A stretch of DNA of 64,000 bases, from NCBI GenBank assembly GCA_000388065.2, contig KB932202.1. One strand, given 5' to 3'. The number at the start of each line of letters is the position of its first letter. Within the stretch, counting starts at the first letter, position 1. Under the pieces are notes generated by a model. The model did no database searches, was not told where the DNA came from, and saw only the letters and a program-made list of their open reading frames with translations. A program made the position numbers and the translations under genes. Shown in pieces: positions 36,255-47,684 of the stretch. The stretch is from Fonticula alba ATCC 38817. Taxonomy: Eukaryota; Protista; Nucleariida.

Positions 36255-39200
36255 GCGCGCGCACACACAGCGCACACACGCAGCACACACAGCGCGCGCG
36301 CGCAGCACACACACAGCCATCGCCCGGAGGCGAATGCCGATGGCGCGGAGGGACGGGCAGAAAAGGGGGTCAAGAAAGGAAGGACGCCTTCCTCCGAGCG
36401 CACCTTGATCGGGAAGAGGGCCGACTCGAAGGCAAAGAAGGGCAGAACATCCATCGGGGCCTCATGACTCTTGTTATCGAGCATGGTGTTGAAGAGCGAC
36501 GTGAAGAACTGGGTGATCAGTCGCTTGTTCTGCTTGCGGTACAGGCGGGCCACCGGCATCGGGAAGGGTCCGAGCGTGGCCACGGTCGGAGTTGACGGGC
36601 CCGACGGCGCCGGGGCCGGGGCAAGAGCCGGGCTCGGCACCGGAGCCGGGGTGGCTGCTGCCACGGGCGCGGCCAGGGGAACCTCGTCGTCTCCAGCGGC
36701 GGTCAGGGACACGGGCGTGCTCGGGCCAGGCGAATGCCGGCCCACCGGGGTGTCGGGAGACTCGAGCCCCGGCAGGACAGCCTCCCCCTCGGCGCCCGGC
36801 GACTGAACCGGCATCGGAGACAGGGGCTCCGAAGTGGCGGCAACAGCCGCGGCGGCGGCGCTGGCAGCAGCGGCGGCGGTAGCCGCCGCCGACCCCTGAG
36901 ACCGACGGAAGATGGACAGCGGCCGAGGGGGCCGAGTGGCCGATTCGCGCCGAGAAGCGGCGGCGGCGGCCGCGGCCGCCGCGGCCGCCGCAGCAACAGC
37001 AGCACCTGCGGCCGGGCCATTGCCCTGCACTCGCAGCGGGATCTCCGAAGCCACGCGAGTCAACAGGCCATCCGTCGAGCAGATGTTGTCCAGCACGAAG
37101 CGACACAGGTAGATCCACTGGGTGTCGTTGTACTGCTGCATATACCCGGACAGGGTGAACAGCAGCAGGACCCGCTGGATGAAGGCAATGTGCAGCAGAG
37201 AAAGGCCCCCGGCTCGTTGGCCGGAGAGCGTCAGCAGCTCGCCCCGACACACGGCCGCTTGGTGCCGAGCCAGCGACGCAAACAGATGCTCCATGGCCTC
37301 CAGACCATCATGCTGGAAGAGGAAGAGACAAATCTGCGACAGCAACAGCACCAGCAAGTCCTCCACCTGGATGGCCATGAAGGACAGTGGCAGGGCGGCC
37401 GGCGGGGCCTCCATCATGTTGGCCAAGTCCGCGTGCCACTGGTGCGCGGTGCCGGTGCTGGCCGGCGCCGTGCGACTCGTGCGGCTCGAAGCCGGCGTCG
37501 AGCGCGGCCCCGGAGAAGCACCACTCACCGGGGACGCCGGTCCCGAGGTTTCGGCCTGAACCGGTGGCAGAGTGTCCACCGGCGACTCGACCGACAGTCG
37601 GGGGAGCTCGGTCGAGGCGGGCTCCTCCAGGAGGAACTCCTCCTGAGAGCCGGCCCCGGCCAGGGCATCCGAAGGCGGGGCATTGACATGGACCAAGTCC
37701 TCCAGGGGGAAGGGCGGCGCTGTGGGATCGACCGAAGTGAGTGGCAGCAGGCCCGAGGTCGAGGGGTTGGGCGGCGGAATCGAGGGCACATGCGGCGCCA
37801 TGGCCATCGGCGGGACATCCGAATCGAAGGCCGCCGAGCACCGGGCCGGCGACGCGAGGAAGTCGCAAATGCGGGTGTACACCGCCGGCTGGGAGATCAC
37901 CCGCAGCATGGAGTTCACAGCCGGACTATAGGGGTCTACACTGTCCGAGCGCTTGCGATGGGCAAAGAAGAAGACCATGATGCTGTTGATCACCTCATAC
38001 CACAGGCAATTGGCGGCGGACGCCGCATTGCGAGGGAGCCACGCATGGCGTGGCGGCCAGGGCCCGGTATCGACATCGTCGCCGGTGGCTCCCGGCCCGG
38101 GAGCCGGGCGATCCGACGCGATGGTTACTGACTCCAGCAGATCCAGCACGGGGATCACAAAGTTGGCCTACATGTGTGAGTGAGTGAGTGTGTGAGTGTG
38201 TGTTTGTGAGTGTGTGTGTGAGTGAGTGAGTGAGTGAGCGAGTGAGTGAGTGAGTGAGTGAGTGGGTGAGTGTGTATGCGTGTTTGCATATATGCATGTA
38301 TGCATATATGTGTGTGTTTGCGTATATGCATGTTTGCGTATATGCATGTTTGCGTATATGCGCGTTTGCGTGTGTGTGTGTGTGTGTCAGGAAAAGGGAT
38401 GAAAGCATGTCTTCGAGAATGGAGGCAGGGGTAGACTGAACGCACGGCAATCGAGGCAGCATCCGGCAACTCCGGCATTCGGGCATCCGGGATGCTGTTG
38501 ATCGGCTCATGACGCATCATGCGCAGGAGCGTGTCAAAGAGCTGATATGAGGAGGCTCGATAGCTGCGAAGCTGATGCCCAAGCGACGCAAACCCATCCG
38601 AATGGAGCAGATACCGAAGCACCGGCTCGGCCACAAAGTGGTCCTTCACATCGGCCCAGGAAACGGCGCCCGACCCCAGGGGATTGCCCTCGGCGAAGGC
38701 AGCACCGCCGGCCGCCCCGGCGGAAGAGACACCGGCACCGGCGCCGACAGTGGCTCCCCCGGCGCCGGAGGCTCCGCCGCCGGTTCGGCCCCCGCTGACG
38801 GGCGACCGGATGCCCGAGGAAAAGTGGATGTAAAGGTCCAAGATTTGCAGGAAGGCAATGCGCGTGTACAGCAGCGGGTGATCGATCATGGTGATGACAT
38901 TGTCCACGGTCAGATGGAACATCAGCTGGTCGATGGCCGGTTGGCCATGCTTCAGCATCAGCTTCAGCACCGTGCTCAGGACCAACTCGCGCGCGGTTGA
39001 CGGCTCCGATGGGGCGATCAGCAGCTGGTCCAGCGCGCCAATGCCAGCAGCATCGCCAGCCCCGGCCCCGAGCCCAATCCCAGGGCCGAGGCTGGGCGAC
39101 CCGCCGATCGAGGACTTGACCGAGTCCTGGTGCGAGACAATCAAATACTCGGCGATGGCGTGGATGCCACTGGTGGTGATCTGGAAATTCAGGAAGCACG

Positions 39201-42200
39201 ACAGGAGGTTGACGGTCTCGGTCAAGATCGGCAAGTTCTGGCTCCACGGACTGTCGCCCGGCGGCTCGGCAGCCGGCCCGGCGGTCGAGCCAGAGGGGGC
39301 GCCGGGATTCAGCGGAGACTCGCCGGATTCCAGGCCGTCTGGGGTGTCGATCTGCGAGCCTTCCACCACGCCCGGGCCACCGGCCGGAATGGTCACCACG
39401 ACACTGGCGCCCGGGGCATCGGTCGGGCTGACAAAGGGAACCTCACTGCGTGCGTCGCAAATTTGAATCAGATCCAGCACCAGATCCAGCAGACCGGCCG
39501 CACTGAGCTGGTCCCAATTGGCCAGCGAAATGCTGTGCGCATAGGCCGTGGTGGCTGGCTGACTGGCCTCCGGGCTGATGTTGCAAGGGAAGGTCACAAG
39601 CTGGCGGATCTTGGCCAGGAGGCGCTCGCGCACGGTCACCCGCGCCCGGGACCAAATCCGCCAGTCCAGCAGCAGCAAGCGCGCCGGCTCGGGATCGGTG
39701 ATGGCCAGGAAGAAGACATCCGGGAAGGCCTCCTGCGAAATGAGCGTGCAGCAGATCAGCAGCACCAACTGCAGCAGCGAGTCGTCCAGGGTCTCGGCCG
39801 GCAGGATGTCCCGCAGCAGGGAGGCCACCAACTCGAAGCCACGCAGGTCGGCGAAGCTCCGCGCCGCAATCGGATGCGCCCGAAGGACACTCCCCAGGAG
39901 GGCCAGGCAGCTGCGGAAGGCATGCGGCGCATGCGGACACCCGCCTGCCGCCCGAGTGGCAATCCGGCCGGCCATGTAAAGGATGGCATCCACCCCGCCA
40001 ACGCCCATCAGCGTTTCGGCCAGGCTGGACACATGGACCACGGTCACATCGCCGGTGATGGTGCCGGACCGGTTAAGCAGCAAGGTCCGCGCGGTTGCCG
40101 AGCTTGGGGCCCGGCCGGCCAGCGGTGCCGCCCCCGGGCCGGGCATGTCGCCGCCGGTGGTAGATGCACCGGACCCGGCCAGCGGGATGGCCTGCTGCAG
40201 ACGATGATCCCGCGCGTGGTAGAAGAAAGACAATCGCGCAGCAAGGTCCACCTGGCCATAGAGAACGGCCAAGTCCCGCAACGAATGCATGGATGATAGA
40301 TCCAGCCCGGTGGTGGCAGCCGGCCCCGGCCCGGAGCCAGCCCCGGCGTCGGAGCCTCCCCCGAGCGAGTGCCGGTGGATGGAACCCGCCGGGATGGTGC
40401 CCGGGGACCCGATCGACACGCTGCTCGTGCGTGCCAGCCAGTTGAGCAGCACCTCGCTGGCGAATGCCGGGTGCGGCAATTGCGTCCGACCCAAGTCCGA
40501 CAGGTCACCCGAATAGCTGGGCCCCAGGGAGTACAGCACAAAGGCGGCCGCCTCGCTGATCGCCTCATCGAAGGCATACATGCTGGCCAGATCAAAGGCA
40601 CAGGGGAGGCTGCCATCCACGCGGCGATTGAAGAGCAGCACATTCGGCGGGGCCAGCAGCTGGGCATCCGTGTGCTCCGACCCGAAGAGGGTATACCGCG
40701 GTGCGGGGGCGGCGGCGGCGGCGGCCGCGGCCGCGGCCGCTGTGCCGGCCACACTGGCCGGCCCATCGCTCGGCTGCTCGCCAGGTCCCGATACCGGGGC
40801 CACCAACACCCGGACTCCATTAACCCACACATCCGGGTGCCAGGACGCCTCGGACCCGGCCTCGATGCTGAAGACCACATGGTACCAAACATCATTCTGG
40901 AAGCCGGCCGGCGCGGAGAACCGGAAAACCACCGTCGGGCCGAGGGCAGCGGCCAGTGGGACGGCAGCGCCGGCGGGACCAGCGCCGGCCAGGCCGCCCG
41001 GCGGCGTGGTGGCCAGGGCAACGTCCATCCCCTGGCGATGGAGCGACGTCGACACCAGGACAGCCTCGCCCGGATCGGCGGGCCCCCCCCCGGTGGCCGC
41101 CGGCCAGCAGGACACCTGGAACAGGGAAAGCACACTGCCGGAGTTCAATTGATCGGCCGTCGGACCGGTGAGTCGGAACCAAATGCCGAAGGCCAGCCCG
41201 GCCCCGGGCCCCAGGGGAGGCCAGGTGATTTGCCGGGTCAGGGGGAAGCGCAACGTCGGATGCACCTCCTCCAGCCGGTGGAAGGCCGTATGGAACCGGG
41301 GCTCCGGCGGCCAGCTGCTCAATTGCCCGGGGCGCGTGCCGCAAATGGCCAGCAGTGGTTCCAGCGTGGCCGGCGCAAAGTCCGACCGGTGTGCCAGGTC
41401 CAGAGCCAGGCGCAGCTCGGCCGGCCGCAAACGATGCCGAGTGATCCGTCCCACCAGGTCCACGATGCGGCGCTGCACCAGCAGCGCGGCCACCGACCCC
41501 GGCAGACCACTTGGCATGAGGAACACCGGCTGGAAGGATGTCAAGAGGACCCCCACCAGGCCGTAGTCCGACAGAAGCAGGCGATTGCGGATGTGCGCCC
41601 GGGCCAGCACGGCCACCTGATCCAACACGCAAACCACCAGCAGCTTGGTGCACACGAAGCGGCTGCTGCTCAGAGCCAATGGATCGCTCTTCCGACCGGA
41701 TGCCGGCAGACAATTGCCGACATAGAGGCTCGACAGGATTTGCACCACCGAGCCCACCAGCTCCGGCAGTTCCAGCAGGACCGCCCGCGTGGCGGCCAGG
41801 CTCGACTCGGCGCCGGGATTGCTGGCCGAATGGCCGGCCGATCGGGCCCGAGCTGCGGAGCTGTTGCCAGCACCCCCGGGCCCGGTCCCGCCCAGGGCCA
41901 GCCGGGCACTCATGTGCAGCGACGGCGACAGGGCCAGGGTGTAGGGCTCGAGGAAGTCCGCAAAGAGCCCGGCCGGACAGCCAGCCAGTGGGCTGGTCAG
42001 CACATGGCGAATGGCCGCCTGGAGACCGGCCGAGGCGGCTGCCGAATTGGCCGCCGCCTCGGCATCGCCAGGCCCATCGCCAGCCCGAAGGAGGTCCACC
42101 ACATTGAACCGGAAGTCGCCGATGGCGATGTCAGCCTCCTCCGCGGTGTCGGAGGGAGAGCCCGCGGTCGGGCCAGCAGCCGGGGCATCGGTCCCATCGA

Positions 42201-44881
42201 GGAGATCCAGCCGCCGGACGGCTTCCAAAGCACCCGACGCCCGGCGAGGGAAGTATCGCGCCACCAGGGTCTCCGCCATGACCCCATACCGGATGAGCAT
42301 GTGGGCCCTGGCACCGGGCCGGTTGGCCGCCATGCAGGCATCACCCAGGGCCAGGCATTCCTCCAAACCACGGAGGCCGACAAACAGATCCAACATCCAG
42401 TGCAGGGGCATGGGGAAGAGCCCGGCCGGGGCGGTGGCCGCCTGCCGCTGGAGGTAGAAGCGGAACCCGGCCCGGACAATGGGCGATCCCTCGACACACG
42501 GGCCAAAGTACCCGACCAGGCGCTCGGCCGAGCGCGACATGCGCGAATATACCTGCAGGCGAAGGCGAGCCGGCAGGGACAGCCGGTGTGCCAGTGACCG
42601 AGCCAACCGCCGGCCAGAGGACATGGCGATCAACTCGTCGGCCTCCGGGTCAAAGCCATCGGCCGGCCGACCCCCGCCTGCCGCCTGGCTGTGCGCATCA
42701 GCCGGAGTATCCAGGAAGGGCCAGCGTTGGCGCACGGCCATGTCCATCAGTGCCTCGACCACATCCAGCACGCGCTCCGGCTCGATCAGATGGCACACGG
42801 CCGCCAGCGAATCGGTGAAGGCCGCCGCCCGGCCCGAATGGCGGATGTCCTCCCGGTAGAGCGAGGCCGCCGCTGGTGACAGGTCCGAGCTGGCCTTCAA
42901 ATTTTCCGACAACATGTAGAGCACATGAATGAGCAGGTCCACCACATCCCCGGGGACCGTCGTGCCGGGCGACCGGTCGGCACCGGGGCCGCCCTCGGCA
43001 ACTGGGGCATACTCAGCGCGCAGAGCCACAGCCATGTGATTGACAAAGGCAAAGGCAAAGTCAAAGCCAAAGTTGTGGAAGAAGAAGGCCTTGGCTCGCT
43101 CATTGACCACGGCGATGCGCGTCAGTGACCGGCAGACGGCCGTGCGCAGGCTCAAGGCCCGTGGATGCAGCCACCCGTCCACCACCAGGGCCGGCGGCTG
43201 GACGGGCTCCAAGTGCGTGACGACCTCGCCCGGCGCGCGCAAGTCCGGCGACGGGGCACCCGCAGGGTGCCGGTCCGGCGACAAGCCGCGCTCGGTCTCA
43301 GCCACCGGGGCCCGGCTTGGCTCCGTGCAGAACATAATCCGAATGAGCCCGGCCACCAGCAGGCAGTCCGAGTCGGAGCTTCGCGATGCCTGGTGCTCAA
43401 TCAGACACAGCAGGTGCGGCATGCACTCACGCGACACGGTCACCTCGGCCGAGTCCGTCGTCGACCCGGCCAGATGCAGGAGATCCAGCAGGCCGACGAT
43501 GCTGGCCCGATGCCCGGACAGATCCAGGGTCCCATGCAGCAGCCGCAGCAGGGTCAGCACCTGGAGCACCTCACTCACCAGCTCCGCCCACAGGGAGGAG
43601 CTGAGATCCTGGGCCAGGCGCTGAACGGCCGCCGGGTCGGCTCCGGCCCCGGCCAGGGCGGCCCCAACATGCCGGCGAATGAGAGACCGATTGGCCAGGA
43701 ACCCGACATGCAGCTGGGTCCGCGCATCGGCCAGGGGGGTGGCCCCGCCCGGGCCCGGGGCGCTGGCCGAAGGCTCGGACAGCGACGTGCCAAGGGACTG
43801 CGGCTCGAGGGCGGCATTGTGCAAAACCGCCAGGAAGTTCTCCACGACGGCCGGATGGCCGGAGGTGGCGGCCGCATCCTGGAGGCCAGCCGCAAAGGGA
43901 TCCGCGAAGGAGGCCGGCGGAGTGGCCAGCACATTTGAAAGGAGGGCCGCCAGCAGGGCCGCCGGAACCGTCTGATTGATGGGCTGCCCGATGAGCGAGT
44001 AGAACATGTGGTGATTGTCGGCCAGGCACTGGCGCAAGATGCGCAGAGCCAGCAGGGCGGTGGCGGGGGCGAAGGCCGGCGAGTTGACTTTCGAGACCAC
44101 ACAGCAGGGCGCAAGGCAGGGAGGGGAGGGGAGGGGAGGGGGGGGGGGGAGGGGGGGCAGGAAGATCAGTAAGCCGGGGCAACCTTCGCCAAGAGGCCCA
44201 GGGGGTCAGACAGCGGGGGCAAGGGGGAAACACACTGTCAAAGAGGGCGCAGAATGGCGCAAAAGCCCAGTGGGGCTGGGTCACCATGGAGTTCTCGGAT
44301 TGCGAGATGGCCAAACGAATGGCCTTCTCCTGGACCTCCAGGTCCAGCAGGGCCACCCCATCGAAGAGCATGGACACGATGTACTCCGGCGGCAGGACAT
44401 TCAGGCTGAAGTTGCTCTGGCGAGATGCACTGGCCAGCAGGGCCAGGATGGGCAGCTGGATGCATGTGTGGGCCGCCTGCTTGAAAACCGAGAAGATGCA
44501 CCGAATTGGGAGCAGGGCATTGACAGCACTTTCCCCCTGATGAGAGGGCGATGCGCCGATGGGCTCGCCCGATCGGGAGTGTCCGGGGTCTGGTCGAGGA
44601 GGGGGAGAAGGAGGAGGAAGGGGGAAGACATGCAGCAGCAAAGGTCAGGATCTCGGCGAAAAAAGGAAGCGAGAGCGAGAGGGAGGGAGGGGGAACCGCA
44701 GGAGTCACTGTGCAGGCGCACCCTGATCGAAGAAGGTGAGCGCCACACGGTACAGCTTCCAAAGTTGATCGACAAGGATGATGGGAGAGGTGAGCTCCTC
44801 TTGACGCTCCAGGCGACCGCACAGCGAGACAATCGCATGCCAGCCTGAGGGGGGAGGGGGGGGAAGTGAGCACCGAAAGGG

Positions 44882-44912
<31 letters not shown>

Positions 44913-47147
44913 CCGAGGCCGCGAAGTGTGGAGTTAGTCAAGCGGCGTGGCAGTTGGCCGGGGAGAAAAAAAAAGAGGGCGACGGTGCGAGCCACACACC
45001 GTTGCTTGTTGTCATTTCGCGGAAGGAGGACGGCGAGATGGCGGACGAGCTAAGCACGATGTCCGTCAACAGCATGGCGATGATCGTCAAGAGCCGGGTG
45101 GTCCCGGCATCAGGGGATCGATCCAGGAAGAACATCACCTGCCGATAGGCGGGGGGGGGGGGGGGGAGACAAGGCAAGGAGCGTCAAGATGGGCATGTGA
45201 GCCTTGCACCAGGGCCAAGCAGCAAACGTGCGAGAGGGATGGGCCGAACCTTGGCCAGGCGGCTGCTGATGCGAACCGAGGAGATCAGCTCGCCGGCAAA
45301 CATCTCCGACAGGATTGTGGAGGAGATCGACCGCAGGAGGGCCAGAGCCAGGATCTTGGTGTCCGCCGAGAAGGCAAAGCCTGCTGGCAGCGGAACACCC
45401 CAGATGAAGGGGTCCGTGGTGGCCGACGAGTCGGACGCCTGTAATGGGACAAAGGGCAGCAGGGCAAAAGGAGGTCCAGGACGGTCAGCGGAGCAAGAGG
45501 CACGAGGGTGATGTGGTCAAATGCGCCCCGCGCGGACAGAGGAGCACGCACGCCATCCTGGAGGATAAATACCACCAGCTCGATGAGCTGATCGTAGGCC
45601 TGAACCAGGCGACAGGACACCAGATTCCTGAAGGTGAGCAAGATTTTGGCCATCGCAGCGGTAGCTTCTGCGAGGGTGTGCGGACCATGGGGAAGTGTCA
45701 GTGAAAGAGCAAGAAGATGGACAGAAGGAGGAAGAGGGAGCAACGGGGGGAACGGGAGACGGAGGGTGCGCCGCTCAGCGGGTCCGGCGATGAGGGATAG
45801 GCAGATGCAGCAGCAGCAGCGAGAGAGAGAGAGAGAGGGAGAGAGAGGGAGAGAGAGAGAGAGGGAGAGAGAGGGAGAGAGAGAAAGAGAGCTCAACGCA
45901 CCATCAGCCCGGGCGGGGGCATTTGCGAAGAGGAATTTGAAGAGGAAGTGCAAAGTCGAGTAGATCCCCGGCGGAAGGGAGGCAGCATGAGCAACAGACG
46001 CCTGGGAGATGGACATCAGGTGAGGAATAGGCCGGGCCAGAGGAGCGGCAGCGAGGGGCAACAGGAAAATGGAGAGAGGGAGAGAGAGAGAGAGAGGGAG
46101 GGAGAATGACGGCCTCCGGCTCACACACCGAGTGCGAAAGGAGGGCAATTGCTGCAAGCAGCTGGGCACCGTCCCAGTGAGTGAAGGGATTAGCCGGGTT
46201 ATGCAGGTCGACCGGGGGCGCGGCCCCGAGGAGGAAGCCCAGGAGCTTGAGCTGGCCATCGGAGCGCAAATCGCACGTCGACCCCATGGCGCCAGGCGCA
46301 GGCGGCACCATCGGCGACTGGTCTTCCGCCAACAGGCGGATGGTGGCCGCCAAAAGGGCCAAGCATGCCTGCTCCAACAAGAACCCGCCCGAGGGAAGCA
46401 ACAGCAGGAGGCTGTCCTTTGTCAGGAGATCCTCAACCGGGAGCAGGTCAAACACGCTCGCCAGGCCGTCCCCTGGCGGAAGTCCAGCCAGGCATGCTCG
46501 CAAGACCGACCGGTGTGCTTGACCGACCGCCTGCAGTGGGCCCGGCTCGGTCCCGTGCGCGGGCCGGGTGGTCATCGCCACCAGTGGCTCACAGGGAGAA
46601 GAGGGAGGAGGAAGGGAGGCGGCTGGCGAGGGGCAGAAGGCCAAGGAGAAGGTGACGGACGCGGGCCCGGGCGGAATGGGCAGGGGGCCGGAGGGCGGGG
46701 GAAAAAGCGGGCCCAGGGGCAAGGGCGATGGGAGGGCCGGCGAGGGGCAGGGGGGCGAGGGGAGGCAAGAAGGAGGAGAAGCGGAGGGGAGGGGGGGGGG
46801 GGGGGGGGAGATGCGTGGAGAGCCTGCTTCTCTGCCCCCACCCGGCGGGCCGCAGCATGTCGGCACTTGAGAAAAACAAACAACTCCGCCGATGGATGCA
46901 TCATGTGACACAATTCGTTACAATTTAAACCCACGCCCTGCGGCCCGGCCCCGCCGTGTCCCTTGTCCATCTGCCAGGGAATACCGCAGGAGGTGGCAGG
47001 TGAGAGAGAGGGGGGGGGTGATGGTCGGAGCCGCGCCCGGGGGGGCCGGCGGNNNNNNNNNNNNNNNNNNNNNCGACGCACCTCGAAGGCCGAGTGACCC
47101 AGGAGGGTAGCGAAGAACCCCTGGATGGCGGCGGCGTCGAGGGACAT
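30284..47147 (-). CDS. LYST: LYST/LvsB-type BEACH-domain protein (~5000 aa; ARM-like, ConA/LamG-like, PH, BEACH, WD40)
   Basis: BEACH motifs [83 protein letters not shown]. The terminal WD40s VAVTASPTTGDIITV, LWSVNGALVG and APEGLNVNLVAVGLSSGAIQLRSSWDL match the LYST C-terminus specifically. ORFs 38155..44100, 35099..38158, 31191..35234 and 30284..31189 are linked by GT-AG introns. Probable start MSLDAAAIQGFF at 47147. Confidence 0.88.
32815..34300 (-). other. PH-BEACH domain region within the LYST-like gene (approximate bounds)
   Basis: PH-like segment CERITPFSQITGELLI..IYRRRYQLKNNGLEIF..SRESRDEV followed by the BEACH domain ending YGQTPAQLFTSRHP. Confidence 0.85.
35956..36315. repeat. Intronic compound repeat: 11-bp minisatellite (CGCACACACAG)n plus (CA)n, interrupted by an N gap
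   Basis: Directly visible tandem units within a LYST intron. Confidence 0.9.
38172..38388. repeat. Intronic (GTGA)n and 16-bp GTTTGCGTATATGCAT tandem repeats
   Basis: Directly visible within a LYST intron. Confidence 0.85.
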
Positions 47148-47385
47148 GGTGATCGCGGCAGTAGGAGCGAGGGCGGGGGAGGGAGGAAGGGAGGGGATTG
47201 GGAAAAGGCAGGTTCAGGAGGAGGAAGGGAGGATTGGAGGGGAGGGAAAGATGAGGGATGATGGTCGGAGCCGCGCCCGGGGGGGCCGGCGGGAGTGTGG
47301 CCGATAAAAGGCTCCTGCCTTCTCTCCCGGCCCCACGTCCCCCGCCCCCGCGGCCCTCCGGTGTGCCGGGAACCAACGTTTGCAA

Positions 47386-47451
<66 letters not shown>

Positions 47452-47684
47452 GAGGGGGGGGGGGGGGGGGGGGGTGTGAATGGGGACCCCCCGAGGATGG
47501 TGCAGCGCGGCCAGTTACTTTTGGGTGCCCAATCGGGGGGCGTGCGGATCTTGGCGCGCTGCGCGCCTCGGCACCCGACTCCGTCCCCTCTCCCCCAGCC
47601 TCTCCCAGAACTCCATCCCCATTTGCTGCTTGTGCCCTGCTCGTCTCTCTCGCGCCTCCACCCTCCGGCTTCTTTGCAATCGCC
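47148..47684. promoter_or_regulatory. Putative bidirectional promoter region (LYST <- -> POLA2)
   Basis: Head-to-head start codons about 540 bp apart; inferred from gene layout only. Confidence 0.45.
47386..47474. repeat. Near-pure poly-G tract (65 G, AGA, 21 G) between the divergent LYST and POLA2 starts
   Basis: Directly visible; exact homopolymer length may be unreliable. Confidence 0.85.

Noticed and set aside
35928-36320. Cys/Val-rich and His/Thr-rich ORFs (CVCVCAVCAL..., HTHTHT...)
   Set aside because: Translations of intronic CA/TG microsatellites, not metallothionein-like proteins.
47019-47292. ~34-bp direct repeat (GATGGTCGGAGCCGCGCCCGGGGGGGCCGGCGG) at ~47020 and ~47260, flanking LYST exon 1
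   Set aside because: The first copy abuts an N gap, so it is likely a local mis-assembly; there are no transposon hallmarks.
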